A stretch of DNA of 61,501 bases, counting the filler, from Candidatus Fermentibacterota bacterium (GTDB taxonomy: Bacteria > JAFGKV01): NCBI GenBank assembly GCA_016928395.1. It is 7 parts of 7 records of this genome, joined end to end, with 100 filler letters (N's around TTAATTAATTAA, not from the genome) between each part and the next. Parts side by side here need not be neighbours in the genome. Positions count along the whole stretch, not along the records: positions 33,631 to 43,079 come from JAFGKV010000285.1; positions 43,180 to 46,867 come from JAFGKV010000286.1; positions 46,968 to 54,359 come from JAFGKV010000287.1; 4 more parts are not named here. One strand, 5' to 3'. Of this stretch, positions 40,792-47,455 are shown piece after piece. The notes under the pieces were generated by a model, which was not told the DNA's origin, searched no databases, and saw only the letters and a list, made by a program, of their open reading frames with translations. The position numbers were made by a program, and so were the translations under genes. Numbering within the stretch: the first letter of the stretch is position 1; every line of letters starts with the position of its first letter.

Positions 40792-41884
40792 GCTGGCGAT
40801 AGAGCGACAGGTTCTTCTCCACGGTGATGGCGATGTCGAAGCCGGTGACCGAGGCCCGGGCAGATGCCGCGAGCCGGGCGCGGAGGTCGCCGTCGGTGAT
40901 CAGCCGGTGGATCGCCGAAGCCAGGGCATGGGCATTCCCCGGCGGCACCAGCAGCCCGTTCTTCTCCTCCTGCACGATCTCGGGGATCCCACCGACCCGG
41001 GTCGCCACCACAGGCACGCCAACGGCCAAGGCATCGATAACCGAGGTACCTAGCCCCTCCGTCCGGGACGCCATGACGAAGATGTCGAAGAGCCGAAGGT
41101 AGGAGCCGATGTCATCCTGGAAGCCGGCGAACTTGAACCGCTCCCCCAGGCCCAGATCGCGGGCCATGGTGTCTATGCGATGGCGCTGAGGGCCATCACC
41201 CACCCCACAGAACACAACTCGCTCCTCTGTGCGCAGCACTTCCTCCGCTGCCATGAGAAGAGAGGGATAGTCCTTGTGGGCGGCCATGGCGGCTACGGTG
41301 CCAACAATGAAATGATCCGGTGGAATCCCGAGGGCGTCGCGCAGCATCGGGGATGGGGGAATGCCCGCAAACCGATCGAGATCCACGCCGCTGTGAATGG
41401 TCACAAGTTTGTTCTGGGGCACGCCATCGGCCAGGAGCATCTCCTTGATCGCCTGGGAGATGCACACGATGCGGTCCACCATGGCGCCGCGGTATTTCCA
41501 CCTGGAGAACACCCTCGCTCCAGTGGGGAAATCCACCCGCCGCGTGGCAATAGTGCGCAACGACGGCATGAGCATTTTGGCCCAGATCCCCAGAGTGACG
41601 GCGTGGGCCGAGTGAAGGTGGAGTAGCCTGAATCCGTATCGCCGGCACAACCACGCTATCCGTGCTCCGGCCACCACGTCTATCTCGCCGCGCATGGTCA
41701 CGGGAAAACACCGCACCCCGCGTTCGCGGCAGGACCTTTGCAGCGGGGCTTTGGGCGGACACACGACTGCAACCTGATGGCCCTCCCGGTGGAGTGCCTG
41801 GGTCAGGTAGGCCACCTGCTGCTGGCCGCCCCGCCAGCTCAGGCCGGTGTCTACGTGGAGCGACGCCGGCGTGATAGCTCCCAT
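40772..41884 (-). CDS. Glycosyltransferase family 4
   Basis: WRGGQQQ, TRRVDF, IHSGVD, EGLGTSVIDA, VGGIPE. Confidence 0.92.
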   Translation of the reverse strand: MGAITPASLHVDTGLSWRGGQQQVAYLTQALHREGHQVAVVCPPKAPLQRSCRERGVRCFPVTMRGEIDVVAGARIAWLCRRYGFRLLHLHSAHAVTLGIWAKMLMPSLRTIATRRVDFPTGARVFSRWKYRGAMVDRIVCISQAIKEMLLADGVPQNKLVTIHSGVDLDRFAGIPPSPMLRDALGIPPDHFIVGTVAAMAAHKDYPSLLMAAEEVLRTEERVVFCGVGDGPQRHRIDTMARDLGLGERFKFAGFQDDIGSYLRLFDIFVMASRTEGLGTSVIDALAVGVPVVATRVGGIPEIVQEEKNGLLVPPGNAHALASAIHRLITDGDLRARLAASARASVTGFDIAITVEKNLSLYRQLMAQER

Positions 41885-42618
41885 AGCTTCAAGTACTTCA
41901 GGTAGACGCCGAAAGCGGAGTTCTCGGCCAAGACAAACCCGACCTTTCCATCGAGGAACCCTCCACGAAGGAAGAACATCTTGATGAACTTGGCCGTACC
42001 CCGCGCCACGGCCTCGGGGATCGATGCGCTCTGTCCCTGCGTGAAGAGCCGCTGGGCGCCGAGAGCCGAGTATCGCTCCATCTTGGCGAGGTGGGAGGAG
42101 ACCGTTGGATAGGGGTAGTGGAGCAGGTCGCCGCTTCGCACGGTCTCTACCGGACCGTCGACCACCACCGATTCGTGGAGACTGCGGTCATTGAAGGTTC
42201 CCCGGCGGCGATCGAACAGCCGGATGGGCCGGTCATGCTGCCATCCGCTGAACCTGATGGGAGTTCCCAGGTAGCATGATCTCCTCCGGATGCGGTATGC
42301 GGCTGCCTGGGGCTCGCCGTCCAGGAGAAAACGAATGGCGTGGGTGAGCTCTGGGGTCACGACCTCGTCCGCATCCACCGACAGGATCCAGTCATGGGAG
42401 GCCTGCTCCACGGCATAGCGCTTCGTCAGGCCAAAGCCCTTCCACGCGGTCTGGATGACCCGGCACGAAAGGCTTTGGCATATCTCCACCGTGTGATCGG
42501 TGGAGCCGGAATCAACGACCACCACCTCGTGTGCCCAGCGGACAGACTCCAGGCATCGGGCGATGTTCGCCTCCTCGTCTCTCGTGATGAGGACGACCGA
42601 GAGGGGCGTACCGTTCAT
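41851..42618 (-). CDS. Glycosyltransferase family 2 (WaaE/LgtF-like LPS beta-1,4-glucosyltransferase)
   Basis: VVDSGSTD, WILSVDADE, RLF, HE, GFLDG..GF..KYLKL. Confidence 0.9.
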   Translation of the reverse strand: MNGTPLSVVLITRDEEANIARCLESVRWAHEVVVVDSGSTDHTVEICQSLSCRVIQTAWKGFGLTKRYAVEQASHDWILSVDADEVVTPELTHAIRFLLDGEPQAAAYRIRRRSCYLGTPIRFSGWQHDRPIRLFDRRRGTFNDRSLHESVVVDGPVETVRSGDLLHYPYPTVSSHLAKMERYSALGAQRLFTQGQSASIPEAVARGTAKFIKMFFLRGGFLDGKVGFVLAENSAFGVYLKYLKLWELSRRRRST

Positions 42619-43079
42619 GGCTTCAGCCCGTGGCGCCAGAAGGAAGAGCGTTCGGGGCTGACAAGGGAGGAGAGTCGCTCACCGTCTATCAGCTCAATTC
42701 GCGCTCTGTGATCCAGTAGCTTCTCATTCTTGCCTCAGGCCTCTGCGGGCCGGCAGAAACGGCGCAACTGGCTCGCGCACAGGTAGGAATGGAGCTATTC
42801 TAACCTTAGAATAGTGGAGAGTATCGGCCCCGGCTGCGCCGGATTCGTGACATGAGCAGCCGGATCCTTGGGCAGGCGCCCAGAAGGAGTGGTCAGTCTT
42901 CAGTTGTCGGTAGTCAGTCGGTTCGAGCGGGAACGGATGGCTAGGATGGGGGCCACCCGTCGGCCCTGGCGATGGCGCGCTGGGAAGGCCGAGGTGGGGG
43001 GGGGGCTGAGGACTGGCTGCGTGAGATCCGATCGTATCCATCACAGACCCATTGTGAAGGTCGCTCTTGTAGAGGGATA

Positions 43080-43179
43080 NNNNNNNNNNNNNNNNNNNNN
43101 NNNNNNNNNNNNNNNNNNNNNNNTTAATTAATTAANNNNNNNNNNNNNNNNNNNNNNNNNNNNNNNNNNNNNNNNNNNN
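43080..43179. other. Artificial contig linker
   Basis: N44-TTAATTAATTAA-N44. Confidence 0.99.
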
Positions 43180-43296
43180 ATCGGCTATCGGCTATCAGCT
43201 ATCGGCTGTCAGCTATCGGCTGTCAGCTATCGGCTGTCGGCTGTCAGCTATCGGCTGTCAGGTGTCGGCTGTCAGGTGTCGGCTGTCAGGTGTCAG
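43180..43296. repeat. Heptamer tandem repeat (RTCRGST)n, 16 full units
   Basis: atcggct/atcagct/gtcagct/gtcggct/gtcaggt units in exact 7-nt phase. Confidence 0.95.
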
Positions 43297-43334
43297 TGGG
43301 GCCTCTGGATGCGAGAGCACCCAGGTGTTTCGAG

Positions 43335-43448
43335 TTTGAGAGTAGGCCGGATCGTAGCCAGGCCACTGGGCGGCGTGTCGCCCGGCGCAGAGCGCCGGGG
43401 CTACAGCCCTCCGGGTGTTCGGATGAGGAAGGCAGAGGTACTCTCAAA
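43335..43448. mobile_element. MITE-like element, 114 bp
   Basis: 10-bp terminal inverted repeats TTTGAGAGTA/TACTCTCAAA, internal hairpin cccggcgc-aga-gcgccggg; partial inverted copy at 49793-49871. Confidence 0.6.
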
Positions 43449-43497
43449 GGAGACCCGCCCAGCATCGGGAGGTGCGGGGCTTCGCCCTGGTTCGGGC

Positions 43498-43572
43498 GGG
43501 CGGGCACAGAGTCCCGCCCCTACGGGAACGATGTCAATCCACCGTCGTAGGGGCGACCGTCTCCCGTCGCCC
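43498..43572. repeat. Inverted pair of GTAG-type REP palindromes
   Basis: Minus strand GTAGGGGCGGGACTCTGTGCCCGCCC (43498-43523); plus strand GTAGGGGCGACCGTCTCCCGTCGCCC (43547-43572). Confidence 0.8.
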
Positions 43573-43579
43573 GCCGGGG

Positions 43580-43708
43580 GCTTTGGTCGATGCATGCCGG
43601 GGGACCGGCGTGGTGGCAGTCTCCGATACGGCGAGGGTGACAGCGAGTGAAAGGGAGTCGTGCACGGAGATGCAGGGACCAGCATCTTCTCCTTGTCCCC
43701 CATGGGCG
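43580..43708. repeat. About 130-bp direct repeat, copy 1
   Basis: 5' part matches 46788-46867 and 3' part matches 44649-44729. Confidence 0.88.
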
Positions 43709-43779
43709 TCCGTCCGTCCGGGCGGCCACCGCGGCCAAACCACGAAGGCATGAGGAGAAGTGGCGAGGCGATCTCCTGC

Positions 43780-43818
43780 TTGACGAGGAGCCCTGGACAA
43801 ACTAAACTAAGTTTAGTT
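43780..43818 (+). promoter_or_regulatory. TA promoter with autorepression operator
   Basis: TTGACG-17-TAAACT; perfect palindrome AACTAAACT-a-AGTTTAGTT (43800-43818) covers the -10. Confidence 0.8.
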
Positions 43819-43835
43819 CAAAAATGAGGTGATCC

Positions 43836-44090
43836 ATGCGGACTGTAAACATCCATGAAGCCAAGACCCATCTCTCACGCCTCGTGGAAGAAGCGAACGC
43901 GGGTGACGAGATCGTCATCGCCAAGGCGGGGAAACCCGCGGTCGTGCTCGTGCCGGCGAGAAAGAACCGGCGACCGCGCACACTCGGCTGGCTTGCGGGG
44001 AAGCTCGAGGTACCGGACGACTTCGATGCGCCACTGCCCGACGGCATACTCGCCGCATTCGAAGGAGACGATCGTGCGCCTGCTGGTTGA
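43836..44090 (+). CDS. Phd/YefM family antitoxin
   Basis: VNIHEAKTHLSRLV...GDEIVIAKAGKP...DDFDAPLP. Confidence 0.93.
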   Translation: MRTVNIHEAKTHLSRLVEEANAGDEIVIAKAGKPAVVLVPARKNRRPRTLGWLAGKLEVPDDFDAPLPDGILAAFEGDDRAPAG

Positions 44091-44460
44091 TACGCACGTG
44101 CTGCTCTGGGCCGCGGCGGATCCGGATCGATTGCCGGCATCCTTTCGAGAGCGGCTCGAATCGCCCGACAATGAGGTGCTGTTCTCCGCCGCCAGTATCT
44201 GGGAGCTTGCCATCAAGGCTCAGATCGGCCGGATCTCACTGGCAGTTCTTCCGGAAGAGATCGCGAGGACGGCTGAGGAGACGGGCTTCGCCCAGCTGCC
44301 GATCACGGCGGCACACGCGGCAGGTGTCCAAAGGCTGCCGCTCCACCATCGCGATCCTTTCGATCGACTCCTTATTTCCCAAGCTCTCCATGAGCCGGCG
44401 CGTCTGCTTACGGCCGATCGGTTCCTGGCCCGATACTCCGACCTCGTGGAGGTCGCCTAG
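44074..44460 (+). CDS. vapC: VapC PIN-domain toxin
   Basis: GTG start after AAGGAG; LLVDTHVLLW, SAASIWE, HRDPFDRLL, LTAD. Confidence 0.93.
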   Translation: MRLLVDTHVLLWAAADPDRLPASFRERLESPDNEVLFSAASIWELAIKAQIGRISLAVLPEEIARTAEETGFAQLPITAAHAAGVQRLPLHHRDPFDRLLISQALHEPARLLTADRFLARYSDLVEVA

Positions 44461-44648
44461 CGGGCGGCGGTCGTTCCGCCGTCTAGTTCTCTACGGGTCA
44501 CGCCTGGCGATCTACAGTCGAGCGGCTGGATGCGCCGCGGCATCCGACGGGTAGGCTTACGCCACGGCGCGCAGTACTCGGGCATTCCCCCGGCTGCGCA
44601 TCCTCACGCGAGCCCCGGACTTGCCGTCCTGTATCGGTTGACGCCGTC

Positions 44649-44729
44649 ATGGCCAGAGTGACAGCGATCGAAAGGGATTCTTGTATGGAAACGCCTGGAT
44701 CAGCATCTTTCTCCTGTCCCCCATGGGCG
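44649..44729. repeat. Direct repeat, copy 2 (3' part)
   Basis: First 32 nt identical to 46836-46867; 63 of 81 nt identical to copy 1 without gaps (hand count). Confidence 0.88.
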
Positions 44730-44782
44730 GGTGCATCCCCGGCAACTGCCATGACCTCTTCCTCAACGCGGGGGCGCGTGAC

Positions 44783-46318
44783 ATGAAGCCGGTCGAATCG
44801 ACACGACTGCAACGGAATCGGGCGAGGGCCGGGCGCACCTGCGCGTGCGGGTCGCTGCTCTTGTCGTTGCTCCCCATGCTTGCTCTCCTCCATGCCCTAC
44901 CCCTCCATGCTCAGATGGAATGGGCGCCTGAAGCCCAGGTGAACTGGGATGACGTTTATGATGATTGGATGCCGATGGTGGCGGCGGGGCCTGACGGGAG
45001 GGTCTGGGTCGTGTGGCAGCAATCCGGGCCTCGTGGATGGGAGGTGTTCGCGTCTGTCTGGGAGGGGAGCGGCTGGTCGTATCAGCAGGCGGTCTGCCCG
45101 GACGATGGCATCCAGGAGTCGCTGGCCGACATTGCCGTCGGCCCCGACTGCATGCCATGGGTGGTCATGGAGCGGCGGACAGGCGGCCCACCCTACCTGC
45201 ACACCTCGCGGTGGAACGGCACCGGCTGGGACCCTCCGGAACCCCTGTTTCCCGACATGCCCGATGAGCGGGAGCCGTTGGCTCCCCGAATCGCGGTCGA
45301 CTCTGAGGGAACACCGTGGGTGATCTGGTCATCCTATGTGAACGAAGCCTACGACTCCGACCTCTTCTACTCCCGGCGCATCGGCGAGGTCTGGTCTCCG
45401 CCAGAGCCCGTGTGCCCCAACTCAGGGCCAGGGGTGGTGAACGCGAGAGACATCGCCGTCGGTAGTCAGGGCGAAGTCTGGGTAGTCTGGGGTCGTCACG
45501 TCTTCGACACGCAGCAGTACCCGATGCTGACCGCCTACTGGACAGGGCAGAATTGGGCTCCGCCTGACACGGTACCTGGAGGTGACTACGGGGACGGTAT
45601 TACGGTGGGCGACGATGGCAGCGTCTGGGCGGTCACCCATCGTGCTTCCCATGAGGTGTGGGCTTCACGTCGCATCAACGGGTCATGGATGACCGCGGAG
45701 CAGGTCTCGACGCCCGATGACCAGCATTCGGATGGTTGGTCTCGGATCGCGACTACCGTCGATGGGACTCCATGGGCCGTTTGGCAGAGGCACATTGGAA
45801 CTACAGGCTTCGGGGGAGAAATCCTCATGAGCACGAGAACCGGTGGCCAGTGGCAGCCCGAGATGCGCATCAGCCTAGAGGATGGTTTGGGGGACATGAC
45901 GCCCGACCTCTGCTTCACGCAGGCGGGCGAAGCATGGGTCGTATGGCAGGCCTCCGATGGCAGCGACGATGAGATACTCTGGAGTCGTTCGGCGTCCACG
46001 AGCGGGAGTCCGGGCGCATGTTCTCGCTCCGGCCCGAAGTTGTCGTGCGGATGGCCGAATCCCGCGACTGACATCGTGCATTTCGAGCTGCCGAGTGTCC
46101 CTGGCTCGCCCCAGTACGTCAGTATCTACGACAGCGCGGGGCGTCTTGTGCGGGAGTTGTCCTCGTCCCACTCCAGCATCTCACCCTCTTCGCGAAACTC
46201 CCTGCTGGTCTGGAACTGCACAGATCAGGAGGGGAGGAGGGTGCCCCAGGGGTGCTACGTCTACCGTTCAGAAACAGGAGGGAGGTGCCATGAGGGTGCG
46301 TTGATTCTCCTGAGGTAG
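44783..46318 (+). CDS. Secreted beta-propeller-like repeat protein with C-terminal FlgD-Ig/T9SS-type domain
   Basis: Signal peptide ending LHA-Q; about 7 repeats of P.IA...DG..WVVW.....S.W.G..W; C-terminal PNP...SIYDSAGRLVREL...WNCTD.EG..V..G.Y. Confidence 0.82.
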   Translation: MKPVESTRLQRNRARAGRTCACGSLLLSLLPMLALLHALPLHAQMEWAPEAQVNWDDVYDDWMPMVAAGPDGRVWVVWQQSGPRGWEVFASVWEGSGWSYQQAVCPDDGIQESLADIAVGPDCMPWVVMERRTGGPPYLHTSRWNGTGWDPPEPLFPDMPDEREPLAPRIAVDSEGTPWVIWSSYVNEAYDSDLFYSRRIGEVWSPPEPVCPNSGPGVVNARDIAVGSQGEVWVVWGRHVFDTQQYPMLTAYWTGQNWAPPDTVPGGDYGDGITVGDDGSVWAVTHRASHEVWASRRINGSWMTAEQVSTPDDQHSDGWSRIATTVDGTPWAVWQRHIGTTGFGGEILMSTRTGGQWQPEMRISLEDGLGDMTPDLCFTQAGEAWVVWQASDGSDDEILWSRSASTSGSPGACSRSGPKLSCGWPNPATDIVHFELPSVPGSPQYVSIYDSAGRLVRELSSSHSSISPSSRNSLLVWNCTDQEGRRVPQGCYVYRSETGGRCHEGALILLR

Positions 46319-46367
46319 TTGCGTCTTCCGTGGTAGGGTCAGTTCCAGTTCAGTGAAAGGGGTAACC

Positions 46368-46731
46368 ATGAGACGATTGAAGGTTTTCGTTCCGCTCACG
46401 GCATTGCTGCTCGGAAGCGCGGCGCCATCCATGGCCGACCAGGAGCCGTATTGCACCTTTCCCGAAGTCGATCCCGTGCAGAGATCGTGGCACGAGATCA
46501 ACCTGAACGATCTCAGTATTCCCGATCTTCTGCCTGACGTCGACCATGACATCAACCTGTTCGTTGAACAAGAGCTGTGGGATCTATGGTGGCTCAGGCG
46601 GAATCGTGGATGTCTACCATCTCGAGCAGTTCATCCGGGGCATATGGCGAGATCATCAGGACAACGACATCCGCACGGTCTGGAACTACTTCGCTGCCGA
46701 GCCGCCGACGGTAAGGCCAAGGTACGCTTGA
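46368..46731 (+). pseudogene. Small secreted-protein gene, probably frameshifted near 46570 and truncated
   Basis: AAGGGG RBS, signal peptide MRRLK...SMA-D; protein-like sequence continues in another frame (GSGGIVDVYHLEQFIRGIW). Confidence 0.4.
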
Positions 46732-46742
46732 TGCCGAACGGC

Positions 46743-46772
46743 ATCGGCTATCGGCTATCGGCTATCGGCTGT
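46743..46772. repeat. Heptamer tandem repeat (ATCGGCT)4
   Basis: atcggct four times then gt. Confidence 0.9.
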
Positions 46773-46787
46773 GGGCGGCGGGATGGT

Positions 46788-46867
46788 GCTTTGGTCGATG
46801 CACGCCGGGAGACCGGCGTGGTGGCAGTCTCCGATATGGCCAGAGTGACAGCGATCGAAAGGGATTC
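46788..46867. repeat. Direct repeat, copy 3 (cut by contig end)
   Basis: gctttggtcgatgcacgccgggagaccggcgtggtggcagtctccgata... near-identical to the 5' part of copy 1. Confidence 0.88.
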
Positions 46868-46967
46868 NNNNNNNNNNNNNNNNNNNNNNNNNNNNNNNNN
46901 NNNNNNNNNNNTTAATTAATTAANNNNNNNNNNNNNNNNNNNNNNNNNNNNNNNNNNNNNNNNNNNN
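46868..46967. other. Artificial contig linker
   Basis: N44-TTAATTAATTAA-N44. Confidence 0.99.
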
Positions 46968-47000
46968 CGCCGTAGTGCTATGAAGCACACGGAACGGCAT

Positions 47001-47062
47001 CATTTTCATCCTCTCCGGGCGTCGTCCAACGCGCGACATGACGACTAACATGAGAATAGTGG
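47001..47062. repeat. About 62-bp dispersed repeat, copy 2
   Basis: Colinear with 21862-21922. Confidence 0.8.
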
Positions 47063-47455
47063 TCGATTCAGCCCAATCTGCGTTGAATGTCCGGGTGGAA
47101 CCGCTGGTGTTCAGATGAGATGAACTGCGAGGGTCGCATAGTTGGGCGGCGCGGTCAACCCAGGAGTCTTGGAAACGCTCCTCGTATGCTGCCCTCATGG
47201 AAGTGAGGTTCGCCACCGGTGAGTGCCCAAGCGACCTCGGCGGCCGGGCCCGGATAGAGCGTCCCATCCAACCCCAAGAAACACGTCCCCACCCTCTTCT
47301 GGGGCGCAGATTGACCACCGTGTCGGCTTCCGCAAGCACCCGCTTCCTTGCTTCCTCACCTCTTATCCATCAACGCGCCCCAAGCCCTTGGTGGTGGCTG
47401 CCCCCTCACTTGATTGGCCTGACTGCATACTGCCGATTGGCGACTCCAAGACCTC

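Noticed and set aside
43180..43296. Possible CRISPR array
   Set aside because: Contiguous 7-nt units with no unique spacers; no cas genes in the window.
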